Below are positions 49,083-56,861 of a DNA stretch of 64,000 bases, piece after piece (within the stretch, counting starts at the first letter, position 1; every line of letters starts with the position of its first letter). The position numbers and the translations under genes are program-made. The stretch comes from Candidatus Tayloriibacteriota bacterium (GTDB taxonomy: Bacteria; Patescibacteriota; Minisyncoccia; Phycocordibacterales; PALSA-1337), in contig JACRJP010000003.1 in assembly GCA_016215455.1 (NCBI GenBank), positions 66,657 through 130,656 of the forward strand, read 5' to 3'. The notes beneath the pieces are model-generated. The model had not been told where the DNA came from, made no database searches, and saw nothing but the letters and a program-made list of their open reading frames with translations.

Positions 49083-49110
49083 ATTATATCACATCATACA
49101 TACTTGTCAA
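49083..49110 (-). promoter_or_regulatory. Consensus sigma70 promoter for the repeat protein
   Basis: TTGACA-16-TATAAT with extended TG. Confidence 0.8.
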
Positions 49111-49120
49111 TAGTATTGTA

Positions 49121-49151
49121 AATAAAAAGCGTCGGCCCGGAGGACGACGCT
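49121..49151 (-). terminator. Intrinsic terminator after the GC-rich gene
   Basis: AGCGTCG...CGACGCT followed by TTTTATTT on minus strand. Confidence 0.75.
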
Positions 49152-49179
49152 GAACTGAGTGGAAGGGGTCAAAAACCCA

Positions 49180-50178
49180 CTATTCCCTCAGCCGAAGAAA
49201 ACCACGCTGCCAATCGACCACGAGCTCAAGATGGGCCGCCGAGCCGATGTAGGCGAGAGGTGTCCAAACCGTGTCGTCAATGTTGCTCGCCCCCTCAACG
49301 AGGTAGGCGTGCCCCAGAACACCTCCGGGGACATTGATCTGAACATTGGCACCACTGTGCACAGCAGTCAAAGCAGGCAAAGGCGCCGCTTGACGTGTGC
49401 TCAAGCCTGCGCGTGTCGTGAGGGCAATGCCCGCATTAACACGGCAGTCGATGTTGATCGCGAAGGTGCCACCGTTCTCGACTTCGATCCAGGACTTAAT
49501 AGCCTGGAGTTCAGTCGCATTCGAGGCGGCGTAGAGCTGAGGATAGACGATCACGGCAAACTGCCGCACCGCCTGCGAACCCGAGCCCGAGTCCACCACT
49601 GAGTTGTCGCGACGAACGCCAATCGCCGTCTTCGCGTAGCCGAGTCCACCAAAGGACCGGGCTTCGTTGATTTGCCCATCCTGTGGGGACGAGCAAATCG
49701 TCGAGAGCATGTTCAAGTTGACGTCGCCGTCATCGAGAGCAGTCACCACGACGAGGACAGCAGCAGTGAGTCCGGGTTTCCCCGAAAACACACCCGAGGC
49801 GTTCGTGCCACCCCACGTGCTGTAGCCATTCACGGCCACAGCATAGTGCCACCAGGCATACGGCTCCTGACGGAGACGATACCCAGACGGAGTAGTAATC
49901 GGCGCGGTGTGCAGATGCCCAGAGCGCCAATCGCTCATAATCTGGGTTTCAGTTCCGGTGGATTCCGCAGCACTGAGCCACGGCAGTTCCAAGGGATACG
50001 CCTGGATGGCGTAATTGCTCGAGGGTTGTCCGACCGCCTGCTTGGCGATCTTCGGACCATCGTAGCTGGGGGCCGAAATTCGACCCGCCTGGATGGTCCG
50101 CGAAGCGGCCATCGAGGTGAAGGCGAAGACGAGGCTGACCAAGGCGGCCAGCACGAAACGGAACGATTTGGTGTTCAT
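49180..50178 (-). CDS. GC-rich secreted protein with Verrucomicrobia-like C-terminal domain
   Basis: Signal peptide MNTKSFRFVLAALVSLVFAFTSMA; C-terminus AYLVEGASNIDDTVWTPL...RGFLRLRE. Confidence 0.75.
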   Translation of the reverse strand: MNTKSFRFVLAALVSLVFAFTSMAASRTIQAGRISAPSYDGPKIAKQAVGQPSSNYAIQAYPLELPWLSAAESTGTETQIMSDWRSGHLHTAPITTPSGYRLRQEPYAWWHYAVAVNGYSTWGGTNASGVFSGKPGLTAAVLVVVTALDDGDVNLNMLSTICSSPQDGQINEARSFGGLGYAKTAIGVRRDNSVVDSGSGSQAVRQFAVIVYPQLYAASNATELQAIKSWIEVENGGTFAINIDCRVNAGIALTTRAGLSTRQAAPLPALTAVHSGANVQINVPGGVLGHAYLVEGASNIDDTVWTPLAYIGSAAHLELVVDWQRGFLRLRE

Positions 50179-50291
50179 AGGAACGGTAACAGTATTGAGT
50201 CGATGAGCAAAGTGGCAACGAATGCCACATCGAGCTGCACAGTTTACTTGGTATCCGAACGAGATCGGAACCAGTCGGCAGTCTGCAAAGT

Positions 50292-50319
50292 ATCTTATCA
50301 CATATCTATACTTTGTCAA
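50292..50319 (-). promoter_or_regulatory. sigma70-like promoter for the GC-rich gene
   Basis: TTGACA-16-TAAGAT with extended TG. Confidence 0.65.
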
Positions 50320-50383
50320 GTGTCTCCTCGACAAGATCTTACAGATGTTTTATTACTATTTTTTCGCTCACCAGAGCCAAAAC

Positions 50384-50411
50384 TTGACAATATTCTTATA
50401 TATGCTATTAT
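50384..50411 (+). promoter_or_regulatory. sigma70-like promoter for the orphan ncRNA
   Basis: TTGACA-16-TATTAT with extended TG. Confidence 0.7.
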
Positions 50412-50418
50412 ATTAACC

Positions 50419-50527
50419 AGCAGAAACAGAAATTGTTCCTCTAGGCCACCGCGTGTGCGGAGGCGGTCGTTAGGCATCCTGTAAACCGTGTGTCAGGGAG
50501 CCTGTCGATTTGAACAGTCTGTTCTGC
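50419..50527 (+). ncRNA. Unassigned structured RNA (three-way junction)
   Basis: Closing stem 50420-50438/50512-50527, hairpins 50445-50464 and 50465-50510; own promoter and terminator; no AUG within it. Confidence 0.6.
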
Positions 50528-50566
50528 GAAGCCCTATGGATCACATCCTGGGGTTTCTTCTTTTTT
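50528..50566 (+). terminator. Intrinsic terminator after the ncRNA
   Basis: gaagcccta-t-ggat-cac-atcc-tggggtttc followed by ttctttttt. Confidence 0.7.
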
Positions 50567-50637
50567 ATTTTTCATTCTCTTTTAAGGTTCCTATCCCCCG
50601 CTATATTTTTCAATCATATTTTGCTAGTATAGTTCTC

Positions 50638-52887
50638 ATGACCGACGACATCTCGAAAAAGAAACCAGCATCTGCGACACCTATTCCCCAGAATATTCCT
50701 GACGCATTTCTCAAGCCATACGATCCAGCTTCAACCGAAGATCGTATCTATGAACTTTGGGAAAAGAGTTCACCTAAAAGTGGCTACTTTAACCCCGACA
50801 ACCTCCCTGAACGAAATCAAAAAGGAGATCCTTTTTCTATTGTTCTTCCCCCACCAAACGTAACCGGTACACTTCATATGGGTCATGCAGCGATGCTTGC
50901 CATCGAAGACATTATGATTCGCTATGCTCGTATGCAGGGCAAGAAAACTCTTTGGCTTCCTGGTACCGATCATGCAGCTATCGCGACTCAATCAAAAGTA
51001 GAAGGAATTATATACAAAGAAGAAAAGAAACGTCGTCACGATCTTGGTCGAGAAGAATTTCTCAAGCGTGTAGAAAAGTTTGCACAAGATAGTCATGACA
51101 CCATTGTTAATCAAGTTCGAAAGATGGGATCATCAATCGACTGGTCACGTGAAGCGTTTACTCTCGATGAGAAACGTAATATCGCAGTGCGTACCGCTTT
51201 CAAAAAAATGTATGACGATGGTCTAATCTATCGAGGTCACCGCATTGTTAACTGGGATCCAAAAGGTCAGACCACAATCTCTGATGATGAGATGGTGTAT
51301 CAAGACGAAACTACAAAGTTTTATTATTTCAAATACGGACCTTTTACTATTGGTACCGCTCGACCTGAAACAAAGTTCGGTGACAAATATGTTGTAATGC
51401 ATCCTGATGACACACGCTTTGCAGAATACAAGCATGGACAGAAAATTGATCTCGAGTGGATCAATGGCCCAATCACCGCAACAGTTATCAAAGACACTGC
51501 TATCGATATGACATTCGGTACTGGTGTCATGACGATTACTCCATGGCACAGTGTTGTCGACTTTGAAATAGCTGAACGTCATGGACTTGATAAGGAGCAG
51601 ATCATTGATAGTTACGGTAAACTTCTCCCTATTGCCGGCGAATTCTCTGGAATGAAAATTACTGATGCTCGAGGAAAAATCGTTGAAAAACTAAAAGCAA
51701 AAGGTTTGCTTGTAAAAGAAGAAGATTATTCTCATCGTGTTGCGACAGCAGAACGTACAGGAGCTCTCGTTGAACCTCAGATTATGAATCAATGGTTCAT
51801 TGGTGTTAATCAAGAATTCGACCATAACGGAAAAAAGACCACTCTCAAACAACTCATGCAGAATGCAGTTAAAAAAGATGGTATTAAAATCCTTCCTGAT
51901 CGTTTTGAGAAAACATATTTCAGTTGGATTGATAATCTTCGTGACTGGTGTATTAGTCGACAAATTTGGTATGGCCATCGTATTCCTGTGTGGTATCGAA
52001 CAGTAGATGGCAAAGAAGAAATTTACTGTGATATCGAAGCTCCACAAGGCTCTGACTGGAAACAAGATGAAGATACACTCGATACATGGTTCTCATCAGG
52101 TCTTTGGACATTCTCTACTCTTGGTTGGCCCGATGAAAAAGAATTCGCCAAAATGCGGATGTATCACCCTACATCAGTTCTTGAAACAGGCTACGACATT
52201 ATCTTCTTCTGGGTTGCTCGTATGATTCTCATGAGTACCTATATCTTAGGTGAGATTCCTTTCCAAACCGTCTATCTCCACGGGCTTGTTCGTGATGGCC
52301 AGGGTCGCAAAATGAGTAAATCACTTGGTAATATTATTGACCCTCTCGATATGGTTAAGAAGTACGGTGCTGACGCCACTCGCCTCTCACTCATCATTGG
52401 TACCGGACCAGGTAACGATACAAAGCTTTCAGAAGATAAGGTGAAGGGATATAAAAATTTTGCAAATAAACTTTGGAATATTACACGCTTCGTTCTTGGT
52501 AGTACCGAAGGTCATACCTACGATCCAAACTTTACTGCATGGTCAGCAACTGATACACAGTACATCACTGAATTTAAAGCTCTCCTTTCTGAAGTTACCA
52601 AGGAAATGGAGGAATATAAATTCTATCTCGTAGGAGAAAAACTCTATCACTATGCATGGCATACGTTTGCAGACAAAATTCTTGAAGAAAGTAAGGTGAT
52701 TTTTGCAAACAAAGATACATCTGCATTCGCAGATCAAAAATCTCGAGCACAATTCCTTCTTCATACTCTCTACAGTATTCTCAAAGCACTCCACCCATTC
52801 ATGCCATTCGTAACTGAAGAGATCTGGGGACTTCTTCCAGTACATAAAGACAAGCAGCACCTCATCGTGGAAAACTGGCCTGCATAA
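50638..52887 (+). CDS. valS: Valyl-tRNA synthetase (lacks C-terminal coiled coil)
   Basis: PPPNVTGTLHMGH, DWCISRQIWYGH, DTWFSS, KMSKS; TAGTAT 7 nt upstream of ATG 50638. Confidence 0.96.
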   Translation: MTDDISKKKPASATPIPQNIPDAFLKPYDPASTEDRIYELWEKSSPKSGYFNPDNLPERNQKGDPFSIVLPPPNVTGTLHMGHAAMLAIEDIMIRYARMQGKKTLWLPGTDHAAIATQSKVEGIIYKEEKKRRHDLGREEFLKRVEKFAQDSHDTIVNQVRKMGSSIDWSREAFTLDEKRNIAVRTAFKKMYDDGLIYRGHRIVNWDPKGQTTISDDEMVYQDETTKFYYFKYGPFTIGTARPETKFGDKYVVMHPDDTRFAEYKHGQKIDLEWINGPITATVIKDTAIDMTFGTGVMTITPWHSVVDFEIAERHGLDKEQIIDSYGKLLPIAGEFSGMKITDARGKIVEKLKAKGLLVKEEDYSHRVATAERTGALVEPQIMNQWFIGVNQEFDHNGKKTTLKQLMQNAVKKDGIKILPDRFEKTYFSWIDNLRDWCISRQIWYGHRIPVWYRTVDGKEEIYCDIEAPQGSDWKQDEDTLDTWFSSGLWTFSTLGWPDEKEFAKMRMYHPTSVLETGYDIIFFWVARMILMSTYILGEIPFQTVYLHGLVRDGQGRKMSKSLGNIIDPLDMVKKYGADATRLSLIIGTGPGNDTKLSEDKVKGYKNFANKLWNITRFVLGSTEGHTYDPNFTAWSATDTQYITEFKALLSEVTKEMEEYKFYLVGEKLYHYAWHTFADKILEESKVIFANKDTSAFADQKSRAQFLLHTLYSILKALHPFMPFVTEEIWGLLPVHKDKQHLIVENWPA

Positions 52888-52916
52888 CCTTGCATCTCTG
52901 CGGTATACTGTAGGAC

Positions 52917-53612
52917 ATGGAGCTTACGCACTTTCTATACGGACTACTTTCTGGTGTCATCCCCGCTATTCTTTGGCTTATGTTTTGGTTGCGTGAAGAT
53001 AATCTTCACCCTGAACCTCGTTCTCGTATCGCAAAATGTTTCTGTGCAGGTATGGTGGCGGTAATTGCTGTTCTTCCTTTCCAAATCCTTACATCAAAAT
53101 ATATCTCTGATACTCAGCACCAATACCTTATCTGGGCAACACTTGAAGAAATCTTTAAATACCTCGCGGCACTTATTGTTGCCCTCCGTACCAACATTCT
53201 CGAAGAACCGATTGATGCAATGATCTACATGATCACCGCTGCATTAGGTTTTGCTGCTCTTGAAAATGCTTTTTTTATCATGGGACCCCTATCAACTGGA
53301 GCAATCGCAAAGACAATTATTACAGGTAACCTACGTTTCATTGGAGCAACTCTTCTCCATGTTGTTGCCTCAGGAACAGTAGGTATGTGCATGGGGCTCG
53401 CATTCTATAAAAAAGGTTTTGGTCGTTTCCTCGCTCTTATCACAGGACTTATCATAGCAACAGCATTGCATACTACCTTTAATTTATTTATAATAAGTGC
53501 AACAGCGTTTGATACCTTGAAGATTTTCGGTGTTGTCTGGATTGGAGTTATCATCATCATACTCCTCTTCGAGAAAGTGAAAGCTGTGCAACCGACACCA
53601 ACAACTATTTAA
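52917..53612 (+). CDS. PrsW-family intramembrane protease
   Basis: EEIFK, LGFAALEN, LLH, LHTTFN. Confidence 0.9.
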   Translation: MELTHFLYGLLSGVIPAILWLMFWLREDNLHPEPRSRIAKCFCAGMVAVIAVLPFQILTSKYISDTQHQYLIWATLEEIFKYLAALIVALRTNILEEPIDAMIYMITAALGFAALENAFFIMGPLSTGAIAKTIITGNLRFIGATLLHVVASGTVGMCMGLAFYKKGFGRFLALITGLIIATALHTTFNLFIISATAFDTLKIFGVVWIGVIIIILLFEKVKAVQPTPTTI

Positions 53613-53621
53613 CAATTTTTT

Positions 53622-54101
53622 ATGCCAAAAGAGAAAAAATCATTCTTCGAACGTCTAACTGGAAGTGTCAAACTTGAGGAAAATGAGTTCGAAACTCGCC
53701 CTTCTTCAAAAAGCCCTATCCTTAGTGAGGAAGTCGAGAAAGATGCTTGGGAAAATACTGAGCAAGAAAAAGAAGGTGAACTCACTGTTGATGTCTATCA
53801 AACAGCAGAGCATATTGTTATAAAAACTATGGTTGCAGGTGTACGCCCTGAAGATCTCGATATTTCTATCACACGAGATTTGGTAACTATTCGAGGAAAG
53901 CGAGAAGAAGACCGAAGTGTGAAAACAAATGACTATTTCGTTCAAGAACTCTACTGGGGCGCCTTCTCACGTTCAATTACTCTTCCCGAAGAAGTGGATG
54001 TTGAAGAATCAGAAGCGATTGAGAAGCACGGCCTACTTATCATCAAAATGCCAAAACTTGATAAGGGACGACAGACAAAACTCAAAGTAAAAACAATATA
54101 A
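53622..54101 (+). CDS. Hsp20/alpha-crystallin small heat-shock protein
   Basis: VDVYQT, AGVRPEDLDI, ELYWGAFSRSITLP, GLLIIKMPK. Confidence 0.92.
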   Translation: MPKEKKSFFERLTGSVKLEENEFETRPSSKSPILSEEVEKDAWENTEQEKEGELTVDVYQTAEHIVIKTMVAGVRPEDLDISITRDLVTIRGKREEDRSVKTNDYFVQELYWGAFSRSITLPEEVDVEESEAIEKHGLLIIKMPKLDKGRQTKLKVKTI

Positions 54102-54139
54102 CAAAAAAAGAACATCGCAAGATGTTCTTTTTTTGTTAT
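54098..54139. terminator. Bidirectional intrinsic terminator
   Basis: ataacaaaaaaagaacatc-gcaa-gatgttctttttttgttat. Confidence 0.85.
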
Positions 54140-54214
54140 GGTGCCGAGAACCAGATTTGAACTGGTGACCTATCCCTCTTCAGGGGAGCGCTCTACCAAC
54201 TGAGCTATCTCGGC
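54139..54214 (-). tRNA. tRNA-Phe(GAA)
   Basis: GCCGAGA TAGCTCAGTTGGTAGAGC..CTGAAGA loop..GTTCAAATC..TCTCGGCACCA. Confidence 0.95.
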
Positions 54215-54255
54215 ATATTTATTATTCTACATCATAAGTTACAGCCTCCACGTTA

Positions 54256-54284
54256 TCTACCAAAACAGCTATCTCGGCATATTT
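54256..54284 (-). repeat. Degenerate duplicate of the tRNA-Phe 5' end
   Basis: tctaccaaaacagctatctcggcatattt vs 54192..54220 tctaccaactgagctatctcggcatattt (26/29). Confidence 0.8.
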
Positions 54285-54299
54285 GATCTTATCCTCTTA

Positions 54300-54566
54300 T
54301 TATTTAGTCGTGTTAGAAAAATCTGACAAGAGCTCTCTAAACTGAGCAACACTATCTGTTGCAGTTCCATATACACCACTTGCTGCTTTAAGATACGGCT
54401 GAACGAAGTAGTACGCACCAAATGATGTCACGATGATAAGAGTCCAGTAGAGTACACGAAATGCTGTGCCGAAGCGTTGTGCTCGGCGCAATGAACGTAA
54501 CATGTCATTGTTTTCTTCTGTAAGCCTATACGTGCGCTCAAGAAGTGCTTTCTCCTCAGGACTCAT
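54300..54566 (-). CDS. Hypothetical single-TM protein
   Basis: 88 aa, EENNDMLRSLRR then TM; TATACT 7 nt upstream. Confidence 0.75.
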   Translation of the reverse strand: MSPEEKALLERTYRLTEENNDMLRSLRRAQRFGTAFRVLYWTLIIVTSFGAYYFVQPYLKAASGVYGTATDSVAQFRELLSDFSNTTK

Positions 54567-54621
54567 GGAAATGAGTATACCAAAAAACCATTAAAAATCC
54601 AGTTTTATTCACAATAATCTG

Positions 54622-54693
54622 TGCCCCCGGCCTGAATCGAACGGGCAACTATTCCTTAGGACGGAACTGTTATATCCATTTAACTACGGGGGC
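54622..54693 (-). tRNA. tRNA-Arg(CCT)
   Basis: GCCCCCG..GTTCC-GTCCTAA-GGAAT..GTTCGATTC..CGGGGGCA. Confidence 0.88.
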
Positions 54694-54712
54694 CGGCCAA
54701 AAGAAAATTTGG

Positions 54713-54949
54713 CTATTTAGTACCAAGAAGTTCAGCAAGGCGACTTTCTTCGTAACCAACAATCACCTTTCCATCAACTTCAATAACAGGTACGCCCATC
54801 TGACCAGTCTTCTCAATCATTTCCTTTCTTTTTTCAAGATCAGTCGCAACATTGATTTCAGTATATGCAACTCCCTTACTCTTCATATAATCCTTTGCCA
54901 TATTACAATATGAACATGTTGGTGTTGAATAGATAGTGACGTTTTTCAT
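54713..54949 (-). CDS. Glutaredoxin-like (NrdH/YruB) protein
   Basis: IYSTPTCSYC, GQMGVPVI. Confidence 0.9.
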   Translation of the reverse strand: MKNVTIYSTPTCSYCNMAKDYMKSKGVAYTEINVATDLEKRKEMIEKTGQMGVPVIEVDGKVIVGYEESRLAELLGTK

Positions 54950-55068
54950 GGTTGTTACGTTAAATTTATAAGTTTGGTAATTATACCAGATTATACTAAG
55001 TAGCAAAATCTGCATATAGACAATGCCATAAGATAGTGTAGTATCAAAAATGGACATTCTTACATACC

Positions 55069-55677
55069 ATGGACACTCCTCGGTTATTCAAAAAAATGGT
55101 GAAGCGCCTGATACCAGCACGTCGCAAATACAGGACTAATACCACCACAAACTACAGCATGTTGGGTGGGCTGGCTACACCCTTTAATCCCACACCTAGT
55201 TTCATCTATGGTTTTAAGGGTCCCAACGAATCAGTCGAAGAAATCATCAAATCAGATGAAAACCTCCTCAGAGAGCTGAAAGTTACTCACGAAGAACTTG
55301 CTGCCCTAATCGACGAGGTCTTCGCGACAGACGATGATGTATTCTGTGGCTGCCCCCTTATACGTTGGACAAACATCCACAGTCCCATCTGTCCATTTGG
55401 AGACTTCTGCACAAAATCGATCTTTGATTACCAACCACAAGTCACTGAAATTTGGTTGTGTGACCCTGATCATTGGGAAGAAATCCAAGCTTGGTATCAT
55501 TCCTTTACTACAAATGGTTACCCGATCAATGACCTCAAAAGGTTTGTAGATTTAAAATGGGTCATTGTCTTCTCTGATCTTCATCCACATCTCATTCGAG
55601 CTCATCACTTTTTTGAAGGTCACGAAACCCCTTACCGGGTCGACCCAAGACTTCTTGCCCGTATGCTGCCAAGATAG
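55069..55677 (+). CDS. Conserved-looking hypothetical protein
   Basis: CPF and HLIRAHHFFEG..TPYRVDP motifs. Confidence 0.65.
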   Translation: MDTPRLFKKMVKRLIPARRKYRTNTTTNYSMLGGLATPFNPTPSFIYGFKGPNESVEEIIKSDENLLRELKVTHEELAALIDEVFATDDDVFCGCPLIRWTNIHSPICPFGDFCTKSIFDYQPQVTEIWLCDPDHWEEIQAWYHSFTTNGYPINDLKRFVDLKWVIVFSDLHPHLIRAHHFFEGHETPYRVDPRLLARMLPR

Positions 55678-55692
55678 CTCGGTCATTTTTAT

Positions 55693-56076
55693 TTAAAACC
55701 AATTCTTAATTTTCTGCCAAATTCCAACAGGAGCAGCGACTTGGGTACTTGTTGTAGTAGCTTCTTTAGGTGCACCGACGATCACAGCCACCTCTTCCCC
55801 TTCTTTTACCACACGAAACTTAGTACGAAGCTCAGCATCAATTCCTTGGCTTGTTTTGAGGTACTGAACAGAATTTGCGAGTGATTCTTCACGATCATGT
55901 ACTTTTTTTAGTTCATTTTGAGCTCGCTCAAGATACTCACGACTCATCGTTTCTTTTTGATATACCTTGTATACTCCACGAAGTGAGAATAAGACAACGA
56001 TGAATAATAACAAAAGAAACATGGGTGAAAATAACCATTTTTTCACGGAACGTCCACGATCTAGATTGACTGACAT
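55693..56076 (-). CDS. Septum formation initiator (FtsB/DivIC-like)
   Basis: TM + coiled coil + ELRTKFRVVKEGE. Confidence 0.75.
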   Translation of the reverse strand: MSVNLDRGRSVKKWLFSPMFLLLLFIVVLFSLRGVYKVYQKETMSREYLERAQNELKKVHDREESLANSVQYLKTSQGIDAELRTKFRVVKEGEEVAVIVGAPKEATTTSTQVAAPVGIWQKIKNWF

Positions 56077-56100
56077 AGATATAGTATACTACATCGTACT

Positions 56101-56211
56101 ATGATATTTAATCCAAAAAACCAGAAATACATTAAGGCCTTCGGTATTATTGTCAGTATCCTTATTGCACTAAGTTTGGTGTTGACTCTCGTTCCATCAT
56201 TCTTCTATTAA
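56101..56211 (+). CDS. 36-aa single-TM small protein (below ORF-track cutoff)
   Basis: MIFNPKNQKYIKAFGIIVSILIALSLVLTLVPSFFY*; fills the gap before the HD gene. Confidence 0.6.
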   Translation: MIFNPKNQKYIKAFGIIVSILIALSLVLTLVPSFFY

Positions 56212-56228
56212 GAAAATCAACCCTCGAC

Positions 56229-56786
56229 ATGACTCAAGAGGACCGTTCAATTATCCTTCGTGCGCGTAAACTTGCACGCGAAGCTCATAAGTCAATTATC
56301 ATATCAACCCAATCAGGTGATATGTGTCCTCATGTCGAACACTTACAGGAAGTAGCTGATCTTGTTTGGGCAGCAGGTGGAACTACTACCGAAATAGCCG
56401 CGGCCTGGCTTCATGACTCAGTTGAAGACACTTCCGTAACAATCGAACAAATTAAAAAAGAATTCGGGGACGAAATAGCAAATATCGTCGATGGCCTCAC
56501 AGATAAAGATGACCTCAAAGGCCTACCCGCTCTAAAAAGAAAAAGTCTTCAAGCAGAAAGAATAACGAGTAAAAGTCATAGCATTAAAAAAATTAAAATA
56601 GCCGATCAAACATCTAACGTTCGTATTGTTGCGACTGATCCTATTAAAGATTGGACTTTTGATAGTAAGCGCGAATACGTCATGGGAGCAAAACTCATCG
56701 TAGATCAATGTCAAAATATTGACCCCCTCCTTAACACACTATTTGATACTGAATACACGAAAGCTGCAAAATATTTTGGAATTTAA
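56229..56786 (+). CDS. HD-domain small alarmone hydrolase-like (Mesh1/SpoT HD)
   Basis: AREAH, H..EVA, AAWLHDSVEDT, FGDEIANIVDGLTD, IKIAD..SN. Confidence 0.85.
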   Translation: MTQEDRSIILRARKLAREAHKSIIISTQSGDMCPHVEHLQEVADLVWAAGGTTTEIAAAWLHDSVEDTSVTIEQIKKEFGDEIANIVDGLTDKDDLKGLPALKRKSLQAERITSKSHSIKKIKIADQTSNVRIVATDPIKDWTFDSKREYVMGAKLIVDQCQNIDPLLNTLFDTEYTKAAKYFGI

Positions 56787-56861
56787 GTTTCTAGTTGACT
56801 ATATTCTGTTTGAAGACTAGCATGGTGACAGACACCTTGTCCTCCCTATACCACTGAGTCT

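Noticed and set aside
49159-50484. Long plus-strand ORFs 49159..49602 and 49672..50484
   Set aside because: Shadow ORFs of the GC-rich minus-strand gene, which has the signal peptide, promoter and terminator
50419-50566. T-box leader for valS, or SRP RNA
   Set aside because: No GGUGGNACC T-box (the only UGGN is UGGA, which does not match the tRNA-Val discriminator) and valS has its own -10; no GNRA loop plus AGCAG after the CAGG as SRP requires
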